A stretch of DNA of 64,000 nucleotides. Origin: an uncultured virus (IMG/VR IMGVR_UViG_3300028384_001589). Lineage: Duplodnaviria; Heunggongvirae; Uroviricota; Caudoviricetes. Made by a program: the position numbers and the translations under genes. Positions 1 to 9,700 of this stretch are shown piece after piece; positions within the stretch are counted from its first letter, which is position 1, and each line of letters begins with the position of its first letter. The DNA lies in the IMG/VR virus record IMGVR_UViG_3300028384_001589; one strand, 5' to 3'. Below the pieces are notes generated by a model, which saw only the letters and a list, made by a program, of their open reading frames with translations, was not told the origin of the DNA and ran no database searches.

Positions 1-591
1 TACATTGTGTGAACCAATCATGTTAACTGTGTTACGAACAAGTGCAGTCAATGCCTTAGGCTTACGACCCATATCACCCTTCATATCACCTTTGTTAAAC
101 TGATCAACATCTGTAGGTGTTAGTAACATACCCAATGAGTCAATAACAAACAGTACCTTAGGACGTTCTTCTTCCGGCATATCTTTATAGTCTGCCATAA
201 ACGTTGATACTGTTTTAGCAACATCATCAATCATGCTCATGTTAAGTTTTAATAGTTTATCTTCGCTTGTGTCTACGTCAAGTGCTTGTAACCATGCTTC
301 GTCAAGTGCATTCTCCGAGTCAATAAGAACTACAAAGATGCCTTGATCCTGTGCCGCCTTTACAATATTACCTGAACAAATGTAAGACTTACCTGCACCG
401 GATTCACCTGCAAATACAGTTACTTTACCTAATGGAACACCTTTATTAAAGTCACCACTAATAAGATAATTGAGTGCATAGTTACCTGTACTAATCCAAT
501 CAGTCGGATCGTTAAATCCTGCACTCATACCTGTGATCGACTTAGTTAAGTTTTTACGAAACTTAGAAACGTCAAATGCTTTATTAGCCAT
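1..591 (-). CDS. uvsX: RecA-like recombinase UvsX (3' end runs off window)
   Basis: Not in the ORF track. Manual translation from ATG at 591 (GGAGA RBS) gives MANKAFDVSKFRKNL...WISTGNYALNYLISGDFNKGVPLGKVTVFAGESGAGKS, with Walker A and a RecA-type N-terminus. Lies directly downstream of gp32. Confidence 0.93.
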   Translation of the reverse strand, partial: MANKAFDVSKFRKNLTKSITGMSAGFNDPTDWISTGNYALNYLISGDFNKGVPLGKVTVFAGESGAGKSYICSGNIVKAAQDQGIFVVLIDSENALDEAWLQALDVDTSEDKLLKLNMSMIDDVAKTVSTFMADYKDMPEEERPKVLFVIDSLGMLLTPTDVDQFNKGDMKGDMGRKPKALTALVRNTVNMIGSHNV

Positions 592-611
592 TACTTCTCC
601 TTTAGCAATTC

Positions 612-635
612 GGGAGTAGACATAAGCCTACTCCC
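612..635 (-). other. Intergenic hairpin between gp32 and uvsX
   Basis: GGGAGTAG...CTACTCCC inverted repeat with no U-tract on the minus strand. More likely a processing or stability hairpin than a strong terminator. Confidence 0.5.
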
Positions 636-648
636 TTAATGTGTTTGC

Positions 649-1641
649 TTATGACTGACGTGAACGGATCATTGCAAGAATGTCTTCCGCCTTGTTATCA
701 GTTTTAGGTGCTTCTGCTTCTACTGCTGGTGCAGTTGGAGTTGCTTCTACCACTGGTTCAGCCGCTGGTGCTGGTGCAGTTGCTGGAGCACTCTGACTCG
801 TTGCAGTTGCATTACTTGATGCCGCTACATTCGGATCACCTGTTCTTGCCGCCATTCCCGCTGGACGGAAATATTGACCAAAACGTTCTGGATCGTATGC
901 TTCACCGTCAACAGATGCTTGGAACATCTCTTGCATTACCTTAAGTTCTACATCTGTAGGTTTCTTAGGTAAAAAGTCTCCCAAGTTAAACAAGCCATGC
1001 TTGTCAATTGCCGCCTTCTCATCTTCAGTGATTGGACGCTCTCTACGAGCCCAGTTTGAAGTTGAGTAGTCTGCATAACCACCTTTAGAAGTTTTTACAA
1101 TTCTAAAGTCTACACCTGCTGTGTAGTCTGTTGGCAGTTCTTCCATGTCCGGATCAAGTAGAGCAGATTTAATTAATTGGAAAATTTGTGGACCAATAAT
1201 AAAACGTCTAATTGGATTTTCTGGAAGTGACTCCTCGTTAAGTCCGTTTTCAGTTACGAACCCTTGGAAAATGTATGAACGCTTCTTCCAATACTTACGA
1301 CCCATATCTTCAAGAGTTGGATCTTTAAACCAACCACGTACTTCGTTAAGAATTGCACATGATTCGCCGTACATTTCCATACATGGAATCTGTACTTGTA
1401 CTGGACGACTGTCCGTTTCACCTTTCACACCTGCGAAAGGAAGTTTGATCATCAAACGTTCTTTCCAAAAGAAGTCTGCATTTTGATCACCATCAGGTAA
1501 GAAACGTACAGTTGACTGTTCGCCTTCCTTCAAGTTCCAAAATGGGTAAATTGCGTTGTCGCCGCCGCTTGATTGATTAGAACCACCTGTGCGTGATTCT
1601 GCTTCTTTAAGTTTAGCACGAATTTCTGCTAATGTTGCCAT
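649..1641 (-). CDS. gp32: Single-stranded DNA-binding protein, T4 gp32-like
   Basis: Contains VRFLPDG, YWKKRSY and YADYSTSNW motifs and an Ala/Pro-rich acidic linker ending EDILAMIRSRQS. Adjacent to uvsX. Confidence 0.88.
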   Translation of the reverse strand: MATLAEIRAKLKEAESRTGGSNQSSGGDNAIYPFWNLKEGEQSTVRFLPDGDQNADFFWKERLMIKLPFAGVKGETDSRPVQVQIPCMEMYGESCAILNEVRGWFKDPTLEDMGRKYWKKRSYIFQGFVTENGLNEESLPENPIRRFIIGPQIFQLIKSALLDPDMEELPTDYTAGVDFRIVKTSKGGYADYSTSNWARRERPITEDEKAAIDKHGLFNLGDFLPKKPTDVELKVMQEMFQASVDGEAYDPERFGQYFRPAGMAARTGDPNVAASSNATATSQSAPATAPAPAAEPVVEATPTAPAVEAEAPKTDNKAEDILAMIRSRQS

Positions 1642-1709
1642 AATAATGCCTCCTATATAAAATGCCTTTGGCTGTGTTGTGCCTTGATTGTGTTTAGCAC
1701 ATAATATAC

Positions 1710-1738
1710 ACTATACACAAACTTACTTATAAAGTCAA
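1710..1738 (-). promoter_or_regulatory. Sigma70-type promoter for gp32-uvsX
   Basis: Minus strand reads TTGACT-17 nt-TATAGT upstream of the gp32 leader. Confidence 0.7.
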
Positions 1739-1763
1739 GTGAAACTTTGTCAAAAAACTGAAA

Positions 1764-3365
1764 TTATTGTTCCAATCCTGCCAAAGTTTTAATTCTTGAC
1801 ATTTCTTCGTCTTGGCCTGTTACCAATTCCTGCATGATTTCTGTTGCATCTCTAATTGCTTCATCACCATACTTCTTTTCAACTGCTGTCATTACAGCCG
1901 TTTCACCTTTAGGGAATTGGTTAGTAGTATAATCAAAGTGTCCTTTGATAAACTCATCTAAAGGTAATTCTTCTTCTTCTTTGTCTTTTAACTCGTCTGG
2001 AGCATCTGCTTTTGAAATAGCACCATCTTTGTCAATTTTGACATCCATAGTGTCGTCGTCTTCTTCGTCATCTGCGCCTTTTTCTGCCATTAGTTCTTCT
2101 GCTGACCAAAAGTCTTCAACTTGTAGTCCTGCTAATCTAATAGCATCTTCGAGTGTATGTTCTTCACCATCTGAAGTTTTAAATTTGGTTCCTGGCTTAG
2201 CACCTTTGGCTTTTAGTTCACGTACCTTTTGTGCGAACTCGTTGCCTTCTTCAATTTCTGGACCTTGTTCGTGTTTTGATGTAGCAACTACATTGTCTAA
2301 GTGTGAAGCATACTCATCTTCCATATCGTATCCTTCATCTGTGTCGTTTTCTTGCTCAACTGCTACTTCTTCATCAGTTTCACCTAACAAGTCGTCTGGT
2401 CCAATTTCTGTAGGCTTTGTGTTTTCTTTAACAAGATTGTAAATGTAAGGAAATACACTTTTTAGATCTTCGTTGAACTGACGAATAGTTAATTCATCAA
2501 TCCAATTTGATGAAACATCTTCTGGTACTTCTTCAAGCACAGTTTCTTCAAATGATTCAAACGCTTCTTTGTAGTTTGAAACCCTTTGTAGTTTAGCAAC
2601 TGTTTCTTTTACTGTTTCAATTCTTTCATTAACAATATCCATGTAACCAGCAAGACCCTCCGCCATTACACTTGAACGATTCATGTAAGTTTTAAATGTA
2701 CGTAATTTAGAAAGTTCTTCGCTGAGTGATACGATGTGCTTTCCAAATGCGTCATATTGATTACCACCTTCACTTACGTGGGTAGCCATTGCACGAGCGC
2801 CGTTCAAATGTTTAAATGGATATTTGAACCTTTCGCCTTCAGCACTTTCAATATAAATTGAATCAATTTGTTGTGTTCTGCCTGCAGGATTTTCATGATC
2901 CACAGGACCTCTATGCTTGACAATCATTCTTGCATTGCCAATGTCTTGGAAACTTGTTTTCGAAGTTCCGTACATTTTACTTTCACTCATTGTATTTTCT
3001 CCGGGTCTGTTTTGTGATAGATATTGGTAATCTCTTTTGTCTAAGTTGCTTTTAGTAATATCTCTTGTATCAAAATTTAACATACGCTTTTTAGCAAATG
3101 TTCTCATTTCCTTCATAAAATCGTACCAGTTACTTTTAATTGTATCTGGAGAACCTTCAATTAAATCGTTGTTATAAAGTATAGTTATACTTTTTTCATC
3201 TAATGTAACATTGACTTTAACACCTTCTTTAAAGTCAAAATCAAAGAAACGTGCTTTGTTTGGCACATTAGTGATAAGTGAATCATCATCGCCTAAAGTG
3301 ACTGATGGATATCTACCACGGATCTTATTAAACAGTTCTTCTGCAATTTTATCTAAGTTGATCAT
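1764..3365 (-). CDS. Hypothetical acidic late protein (possible head or scaffold-associated)
   Basis: 533-aa ORF, very Glu/Asp-rich in the C-half, with two xxxLAGL motifs. Preceded by ATAAATA at 3371-3377. Confidence 0.6.
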   Translation of the reverse strand: MINLDKIAEELFNKIRGRYPSVTLGDDDSLITNVPNKARFFDFDFKEGVKVNVTLDEKSITILYNNDLIEGSPDTIKSNWYDFMKEMRTFAKKRMLNFDTRDITKSNLDKRDYQYLSQNRPGENTMSESKMYGTSKTSFQDIGNARMIVKHRGPVDHENPAGRTQQIDSIYIESAEGERFKYPFKHLNGARAMATHVSEGGNQYDAFGKHIVSLSEELSKLRTFKTYMNRSSVMAEGLAGYMDIVNERIETVKETVAKLQRVSNYKEAFESFEETVLEEVPEDVSSNWIDELTIRQFNEDLKSVFPYIYNLVKENTKPTEIGPDDLLGETDEEVAVEQENDTDEGYDMEDEYASHLDNVVATSKHEQGPEIEEGNEFAQKVRELKAKGAKPGTKFKTSDGEEHTLEDAIRLAGLQVEDFWSAEELMAEKGADDEEDDDTMDVKIDKDGAISKADAPDELKDKEEEELPLDEFIKGHFDYTTNQFPKGETAVMTAVEKKYGDEAIRDATEIMQELVTGQDEEMSRIKTLAGLEQ

Positions 3366-3377
3366 ATTAATATTTAT

Positions 3378-4970
3378 CTAATAAACGCCTGTTACAAATA
3401 TTGGCATTGGAGGATCAAAATCGTCATCATCCATGCTATTTTGACGAAATGTGTTGTATACTCTTGGATCCCAGTCCTTGAGCACAGCCATCATTCGTAT
3501 ATTCAATAGTACTGCACTGACAAGATCGTCAGTTTCACCTGTTTTTGCTTTGTAACTTGTCCCACTTGCTACAAATCCTTTTAGTTCGCTTATTAATGGC
3601 TTGCTGTGTATTTTCATTTGATCGTTTTCAACCATTGTTTTGAATTTAGAACAAGCACTGATCTTTGATCTATGTGTTGTATTAAATCCTTTGCGAAACT
3701 TTCTAATATGTCCTTTTCGTATCGGCTCACTTACAAACAGTCCTGGAATATTTTCCTCACCTACGTCCTGTACCACAAGCAGAGCCGCTTCACCAATTGT
3801 ATTGTTTTCAATGCTCCAATAGATATTATTTGCCGCTGGTGCTTGGCATACATCATTAATATGATTGCAAATATCTTTTAAAATTCTAATCTGTTGTGGT
3901 ATTGGTGTTGTGTTGTGTCGCCATTCTGCTACCTGTTCATAACTTGGTAATTCAAATACTTGAATTGCCGCGTAGTCGCCACCTGTACCCATACTTGGGT
4001 CAAGACTTATACAATATGTTTGTTTAGGATCTAACTTTTTATACCAACGTGCTTGACCCATATTTTCAATTGGATCGTCTCCTACAAGACTTGCAAGTTT
4101 GATCGAGTTGATTAGTGTTTCGTCATAGACTAAGAATTCACAACCATACTCACGTCTGAATCTTTCTTCACCAATACGTCCTATTTCTGCCTTTTTCCAT
4201 TCTTCATCTCGGTCTGGGTGTTGGTCCCAAGCAACAGTAAATCCATGGAAGCCGTTTATACCTACATCGTTTTCATTTCCGTTTTCGTCAAACTTGTTTT
4301 GACTTTCCTTCCAAATGATAGCGAACGTGTCTTCGTCTGAGTTAGGTGTGCTTGTAATAATAGCACGACCACCTGTTGCCAGTGTAGGTGATATTGAAGT
4401 CCAAAACTCTTCAGCAATATTAGGATTCACAAATGCAAACTCATCACAGTATAATAACGAAATGGACATACCACGTCCTGTGTTGCCTGTTGTGGTAGCA
4501 CTTACAATACGTGATCCGTTTTCAAATTCAAGAGAACCTTTGTTATAGTTTACCACACCTGCTCTAATATGATCAGGACACATTTCATAAACATATCTAA
4601 TACGTTGCATAATTTCTTGTGCACCTGTGTATTTGTGTGCGGCAATTAGCACAGTTTGATCTGGATGAAACATTGCATACCAAGCAAGATAAACTGCGGC
4701 ACAGGTTGTTTTACCTGTTTGTCTTGGTAACATATTAACATTAAATCTATGATCGTGATAACTTTGCATCAAACCCACTTGGTATACAAATGGATCAAAT
4801 AACAATTTACCTTTTACTGGATGTTGGATATATGCAAAGTTTCTTGCAAAATGCAAGTAGCCAGAATTAGGATCCATACACTTTTGTAGATCTTCAATCT
4901 GCTGTTGTGTAAATCTTTCTCTTGTATGTGCCTTTTTGGTTAAGACACCATCTAAACTTTTGTTTGCCAT
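3378..4970 (-). CDS. gp17: Terminase large subunit, T4 gp17-like
   Basis: Walker A LPRQTGKTT, Walker B LLYCDEFAFV, motif III TSTPN, FRREYGCEF, and nuclease acidic motifs SLDPSMG.GGDY and DDLV. Confidence 0.96.
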   Translation of the reverse strand: MANKSLDGVLTKKAHTRERFTQQQIEDLQKCMDPNSGYLHFARNFAYIQHPVKGKLLFDPFVYQVGLMQSYHDHRFNVNMLPRQTGKTTCAAVYLAWYAMFHPDQTVLIAAHKYTGAQEIMQRIRYVYEMCPDHIRAGVVNYNKGSLEFENGSRIVSATTTGNTGRGMSISLLYCDEFAFVNPNIAEEFWTSISPTLATGGRAIITSTPNSDEDTFAIIWKESQNKFDENGNENDVGINGFHGFTVAWDQHPDRDEEWKKAEIGRIGEERFRREYGCEFLVYDETLINSIKLASLVGDDPIENMGQARWYKKLDPKQTYCISLDPSMGTGGDYAAIQVFELPSYEQVAEWRHNTTPIPQQIRILKDICNHINDVCQAPAANNIYWSIENNTIGEAALLVVQDVGEENIPGLFVSEPIRKGHIRKFRKGFNTTHRSKISACSKFKTMVENDQMKIHSKPLISELKGFVASGTSYKAKTGETDDLVSAVLLNIRMMAVLKDWDPRVYNTFRQNSMDDDDFDPPMPIFVTGVY

Positions 4971-4987
4971 ACTGTTAGTATTTACTC

Positions 4988-5015
4988 AAAAAAATAGGCC
5001 CCGGAGGGCCTATTT
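4988..5015 (-). terminator. Rho-independent terminator
   Basis: Minus strand AAATAGGCCC-TCCG-GGGCCTATTT followed by a T-run, downstream of ORF 5041-5679. Confidence 0.8.
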
Positions 5016-5040
5016 GAGTTACTTGATAATTTATAGATTA

Positions 5041-5679
5041 TTATTTACAACCGCAATCTTCGCAACCTGGATTGCATTCGCAGTCGCCGCCATCATTGCA
5101 ATCGCAACCTGTGCCTTCCGACATATACTCTGCTAATTTTGCTGAAAGTTCTGCTTTAATTTCATCTTCAAGTGCCATTGGATTGTCAGCACCTGCTACT
5201 TTTGGATAAGATTTCTTTTGACCCATTTCAGATCCGCCTGACAAGTCTTTTGTCATGTAGTGTTGATCTTGATACTTTTCGTCTGGCTCGTTTTCATAAT
5301 CTTCTGCGGATAATTCTTCTGCACATCCTGAGTTACCTAAGTGTACTTTACCACAAATTTTGCAAGGCTCTTTTTGCATACCTGGTTTAAGATCATCCAT
5401 ATCATCTTTTTTACCCATGTCCATGTCATCGTCTTTGCCTTTGATAAGGTCTCTCATTTTACCCATGTCATCCATCGGATCTGGTGGACCCATAATTGGC
5501 ATTGGAGGCATATCTGGCATATCTGGTTTGTCATCAATGCTTTTGTCACCTTTTAGTGCCTGCATTAATTTGATAACGTCTTCTGCGTTATCGCCTGACA
5601 TATTAATTGACGCCGATGCCGCTTCATTTAATGCTTCGTCCAACGCCTCTATTTTTTTATAAATGTCTGTAAATTTCAT
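5041..5679 (-). CDS. Acidic, Met/Pro-rich hypothetical protein with Cys-rich C-terminus
   Basis: 212 aa. Internal CKICGKVH and C-terminal CDCNDGGDCECNPGCEDCGCK. Confidence 0.65.
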   Translation of the reverse strand: MKFTDIYKKIEALDEALNEAASASINMSGDNAEDVIKLMQALKGDKSIDDKPDMPDMPPMPIMGPPDPMDDMGKMRDLIKGKDDDMDMGKKDDMDDLKPGMQKEPCKICGKVHLGNSGCAEELSAEDYENEPDEKYQDQHYMTKDLSGGSEMGQKKSYPKVAGADNPMALEDEIKAELSAKLAEYMSEGTGCDCNDGGDCECNPGCEDCGCK

Positions 5680-5681
5680 AA

Positions 5682-6242
5682 TTAACTCCCAATTGGACTT
5701 TTACTTACACCAGCATCTTCCATTTGCTTCTGTTCAGCGTCTGGCTTTACTTCTGCTACTGGACTGTTTGTGTATTCTTTTCTTACGCCTTCTAACTCTT
5801 TAAGTAGGTCCATTACTCTGTTTGCACCAACTTCTTGTTGAGCAGATTCTGCTTCCATTTCTTCTTTTGTTAGTTTGACTTCGTATGGTTCGTTGCTTAC
5901 TTCTTGGTAAACTTCTTGAGGTGCGTTCATGTTACGTACCATGATGTGTGCTTGTGATTTACCAATGTTGTAACCTAAATATTCTTGTAATGCTTCAGCG
6001 TGTGTAGGATATGTAATTGTTGCTTCGTAGTATGTTACTTCCTCATTTTGTAATTGCGGAAAGTCTAATGGGCGTTCTTGGATAGGTGTTTTCTTGCCTG
6101 GTGTAATGTTTGTTACGCCAAACTTTTTTAATGCAGTTTCTAACTTATCTGCAATACCATCATTGTCGCCAGCAATACCAATTTTAAATTCGTATGTTTT
6201 GCCGTTATATGCTTCTGTTAAATATTCGCTGTATTTTTTCAT
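5682..6242 (-). CDS. Hypothetical protein, possible internal head protein
   Basis: 186 aa. N-terminus MKKYSEYLTE resembles the T4 capsid-targeting sequence. ATAAATA upstream at 6264-6270. Confidence 0.6.
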   Translation of the reverse strand: MKKYSEYLTEAYNGKTYEFKIGIAGDNDGIADKLETALKKFGVTNITPGKKTPIQERPLDFPQLQNEEVTYYEATITYPTHAEALQEYLGYNIGKSQAHIMVRNMNAPQEVYQEVSNEPYEVKLTKEEMEAESAQQEVGANRVMDLLKELEGVRKEYTNSPVAEVKPDAEQKQMEDAGVSKSPIGS

Positions 6243-6262
6243 ATTGTTTATCCTACTACAAG

Positions 6263-6760
6263 TTATTTATCCATGTTTTTAAGTTTTTCTAATAAACTAT
6301 TACGATCTGTAACCACGTATCCGTCGCCGGAAACAACATTATCTTCATTCCCTGCGTCTTTATCTTGCTTTTCTTTCTTTAATTGCAGTTCAACCATCTT
6401 TAGTTTTTTATCTAATTTTGCAACTTTAGCATCTAAGTTGGTTTTAAGCATTTGTCCTGCAACTTCAAATACTCTGCCAGAATAACGGCTTTCTACATTC
6501 ATACCCAGATCCATTAGATCTTCATATGCGTCCATGGCCTTGGTTGCTACTTCATTAAGTTCTTTATCAGCCATCTCTCCAAGACCTTTTACTTGTGGTA
6601 ATGCCGCTGATATTTTATCAAGTTCTGCTATATTACGCTGTGTTTCTTCGTGTTCAACGATTGCAGTTTGTTTTTCTTCTTTTTTTGAATCATTTTTATC
6701 TTGCTCTATGATTTCTTTAGAATCAGGCAAGTTTAATAATTCTTCTAATTTTTTAGTCAT
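6263..6760 (-). CDS. gp16: Probable terminase small subunit, T4 gp16-like
   Basis: GRVFEVAGQMLK followed by a coiled coil resembles the conserved core of T4-like TerS. Near terL, with a late promoter at 6787-6793. Confidence 0.65.
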   Translation of the reverse strand: MTKKLEELLNLPDSKEIIEQDKNDSKKEEKQTAIVEHEETQRNIAELDKISAALPQVKGLGEMADKELNEVATKAMDAYEDLMDLGMNVESRYSGRVFEVAGQMLKTNLDAKVAKLDKKLKMVELQLKKEKQDKDAGNEDNVVSGDGYVVTDRNSLLEKLKNMDK

Positions 6761-6794
6761 GTGTCGAATCCATTAAATGCTACTATTATTTATC

Positions 6795-7232
6795 CTATTT
6801 TCTCGACCCTGAATGAAAAATGTCTTTCTCTGTAACCACTCTAAAGTATAGGCCTTTGTCTTTACACCATGCTTTAGCGGCTTCCCATTTAGCCATATTC
6901 AAAACAACTTGTGCTTGTTTGTACTTATTTCTTCCTGCACTTTCAAGTGTTGTCTGATTATCGGGTTTGACTTCTATTACTTCTGCACGTTGTTTACCTT
7001 TTTTATCAGAATATGCAATAAAGAAATCTGGAACATAAACAGTATGTTTGCCTGTCAATGGATTTCTATAAGGAATCTTTACTGCTTCACTGGCCCATTT
7101 TGCAACATTGGGGTTTTCATCACAAAATTTCATAAAAGCAAATTCCCAACTACTTCTATACAAAGGAGTTTTGCGACCTATATACTTGTCTGGGTTTTTT
7201 AGATTGTAACGCCCTTGTGCAAACTTGGCCAT
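6795..7232 (-). CDS. gp4: Head completion protein, T4 gp4-like (TnsA-like endonuclease fold)
   Basis: Motifs YRSSWE..FM..CD, W.SE...IPY, Y.PDF, IEVKP, N.AKWEAA and F.VVTE. Confidence 0.9.
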   Translation of the reverse strand: MAKFAQGRYNLKNPDKYIGRKTPLYRSSWEFAFMKFCDENPNVAKWASEAVKIPYRNPLTGKHTVYVPDFFIAYSDKKGKQRAEVIEVKPDNQTTLESAGRNKYKQAQVVLNMAKWEAAKAWCKDKGLYFRVVTEKDIFHSGSRK

Positions 7233-7233
7233 G

Positions 7234-7602
7234 TTACACCTCTATGTTTCGTGATTCAGTCCTGTTAACTGTGTTGTCCAGTTTGTAACCTAATGTGGAA
7301 ATTTTTTCTCTATTATAATTTAATACTTCAGTTACAACACTGCTTAATTGAATTTCGTCTTGCTTTTTTAAAGTATCTAATAATTGAAATACATTTACAT
7401 CGTCTAACTTTGCTTGTTGTAAAAGAACTGTTCCTACAGCAATCGAACCTTCTTTAGAAAATCCTCTGCTTTCAAAAAAACCAATTACTGCATCAACTTG
7501 GTTACTTGGAAAACTAATTTTTCCTGTAAAATATTGATTAAAAAATTCTTTTACTTCTTTAGCACTGTCGGGATTATTTGTACTTCCTGTGTTGCTATTC
7601 AT
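7234..7602 (-). CDS. Conserved hypothetical virion-module protein
   Basis: 122-aa ORF tightly coupled between the tube-like gene and gp4. Confidence 0.65.
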   Translation of the reverse strand: MNSNTGSTNNPDSAKEVKEFFNQYFTGKISFPSNQVDAVIGFFESRGFSKEGSIAVGTVLLQQAKLDDVNVFQLLDTLKKQDEIQLSSVVTEVLNYNREKISTLGYKLDNTVNRTESRNIEV

Positions 7603-8957
7603 TATGCATTCCTTACAATGTTTGCTAAGTTATTTAATGTTTCACTGTTCTGTGCTGATTTAAATGAATCACTTGCTGAATCCCATGCACTGTTAATTGC
7701 ACTCACTGACGCATCGCCGCCTGCTTTTAAATGTGTCTTTTTAAAAGTTGTTGCTTTGGTCAAACTTTCTAATTGATCAGGATTGTTTGCAAGTTGACTT
7801 GCTACATCTGACAGACTTGTTGCGTTTGCTAAACTTGCAATGTTAGAAACTACACTTGCACCTGCAATAGCCGCTGTCAAAGAATTAGCACCTCCATTGC
7901 CTCCGCTTTTAGGAAAGAATGAATTAGCAACTCCACCAACCGGCGCACCACTTATGTCTCCCAATGCACCTTTGATAATACCAAAGCCTTCTTGGCGTAA
8001 ACCTTCTGAACTTAAACTTTTTGCATTAGCCACTGTGTTTGCACCTTTAAGCACTGTGCCTAATAATGCACCTGGAGAACTAAATGCTTGTCCACTTGTG
8101 ATATCTCCAAACACATCTGCCGCACCTGATGCAACTCCGCCAACACCAAATAAACTTGATGTTCCGCCGCCACCTAATGTTAACGGTGAAGGTGTTTTAT
8201 CATAATGTTCAGTTGCAAAGCCTTTAGGTGCTGAACCTTCTGTTACAGGTCCTCTTGAATACCAAACTGTTTCAAAGTTAATTGACATTGTACTTTGTGC
8301 AACTTCGCTGGTTGCTTGATCCATAGTATCATGTTGCCAACTTTGTATGATAGGATTTACAAGTGTAAATGCTGTATAACGTTTTCTTGACATTTGGTAC
8401 ACAATAATGCTGTTAAAGAACGGAGCAAAACTGTCATTGTCAAAACCGTAACGATACTGTTGATTAGATGTTCCGTATACGTTTGCTCTATTGTATGCAC
8501 TGTTAGATGTTTCTGGTGAACCTGCTTGGTCAACTGATGCATAGTTTCCGTCTTTGTAATAATATCTATAGTATGCTTCCCACATTGCTGTTGTTAAGCC
8601 GAAGTTATCATCGTGGAAAGTAATGTTACACGGACTATAGTCAATGCGTTTTTGTAAAACTCTTTTTCTATTGTATGCGTGTTTTGTTTCTGTAGTAATA
8701 TCAAATTTAGGTAAGTCAACACTCTTAACAAGCATATTAATTGTATTGCTATGTTTTGACGTTAGTTGCGGAATAATAGCAGAAGCATCTGGATTAATAT
8801 TAAATGCAACATGATAAAGAAATTTTACCTTTGGTGCAAATTTAAATGCATCGTCTACATATAGTCGAGCCGCGTGTTGAAAATCTCCAAGATTACCTTT
8901 TGGATTTAAAGCACCTTGTGCTAAGTTGTTTAGGAATGGTGTTAACTTATTTGCCAT
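7602..8957 (-). CDS. Tail-tube-related baseplate protein (gp48/gp54-like)
   Basis: Tube-fold-like pattern VKSVDLPKF..YNRKR..Y.P.NITFHDD with a Gly/Ala-rich C-half. Directly downstream of the tail tube gene, with its own ATAAATA at 8963-8969. Confidence 0.65.
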   Translation of the reverse strand: MANKLTPFLNNLAQGALNPKGNLGDFQHAARLYVDDAFKFAPKVKFLYHVAFNINPDASAIIPQLTSKHSNTINMLVKSVDLPKFDITTETKHAYNRKRVLQKRIDYSPCNITFHDDNFGLTTAMWEAYYRYYYKDGNYASVDQAGSPETSNSAYNRANVYGTSNQQYRYGFDNDSFAPFFNSIIVYQMSRKRYTAFTLVNPIIQSWQHDTMDQATSEVAQSTMSINFETVWYSRGPVTEGSAPKGFATEHYDKTPSPLTLGGGGTSSLFGVGGVASGAADVFGDITSGQAFSSPGALLGTVLKGANTVANAKSLSSEGLRQEGFGIIKGALGDISGAPVGGVANSFFPKSGGNGGANSLTAAIAGASVVSNIASLANATSLSDVASQLANNPDQLESLTKATTFKKTHLKAGGDASVSAINSAWDSASDSFKSAQNSETLNNLANIVRNA

Positions 8958-8994
8958 ACTAATATTTATCTAAACAATTATATGGGTAGATAAT

Positions 8995-9019
8995 AAAAAA
9001 GGCGCCGAAGCGCCTTTTT
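8995..9019 (-). terminator. Rho-independent terminator of the sheath/tube transcript
   Basis: Minus strand AAAAAGGCGC-TTCG-GCGCCTTTTTT, a cUUCGg tetraloop with U-tract. Confidence 0.9.
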
Positions 9020-9040
9020 GTGTTTTATACAATAAAACTA

Positions 9041-9670
9041 TTAACCAGCGCCGCCGCCAGTAACAAGTGTATTGACTGTTCTGCCAATTGCAGTACCAAT
9101 ACCAGTTCCTTGTGGTGTTTGAATTGCGTTATCGTATCTAATGTTAAGTGCTACAGTTACAGCATCTGAAGTTGCATATGCTAATGTATTGTAGTTTGCA
9201 CTCTCAAGATAACAACCGTACAATTCAAAAGTCTCTAAAACTGTTGCTGTGTTTGCTCCATTACCACCATCGAGGATTTCAATTCTTGTAACGAATTTGT
9301 AGTCTGCTCCTGATGCCGCACTTGACTGTTCGAAGAAGTCGAACTGTTTCTGTAACTGTTCGCCAACAAGTTTTTGTACATTGTTGGATACATCTTCACG
9401 TAAGTTAAGTGTGATTGGTTCCCATGTATGTTTACCTGCTAAAAATACTTTTGAGTTGTAAACATCTAAGGTAATCTGTTCGAAAGATACGTTAGGTCTT
9501 GTTACGTCAACTACTTGTTTTGTTAACTCTGTAGTTGGAGTGGATACGCCAAAGTTTTCAAGCGATACCCTAAAGCGGTATTGCAGTTTTGGCATTAACA
9601 AACCTTGTGAACTTGAACTTGCGTTACTGTCCAAAGGCACTGTTAATCTTGAGAGTGATGAAATTGCCAT
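9041..9670 (-). CDS. gp19: Tail tube protein, T4 gp19-like
   Basis: PKLQYRFRV, RP.VSFE, AGKHTWEPI.L.LR.D and L.IRYDNA motifs. Immediately downstream of the sheath gene. Confidence 0.88.
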   Translation of the reverse strand: MAISSLSRLTVPLDSNASSSSQGLLMPKLQYRFRVSLENFGVSTPTTELTKQVVDVTRPNVSFEQITLDVYNSKVFLAGKHTWEPITLNLREDVSNNVQKLVGEQLQKQFDFFEQSSAASGADYKFVTRIEILDGGNGANTATVLETFELYGCYLESANYNTLAYATSDAVTVALNIRYDNAIQTPQGTGIGTAIGRTVNTLVTGGGAG

Positions 9671-9700
9671 TATTTGCTCCTATTAATATTATTTATCATA

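Noticed and set aside
6795..7232. TnsA transposase or mobile element
   Set aside because: Motifs and context match the T4 gp4 head completion protein, which shares the fold. No other transposon genes or ends are present.
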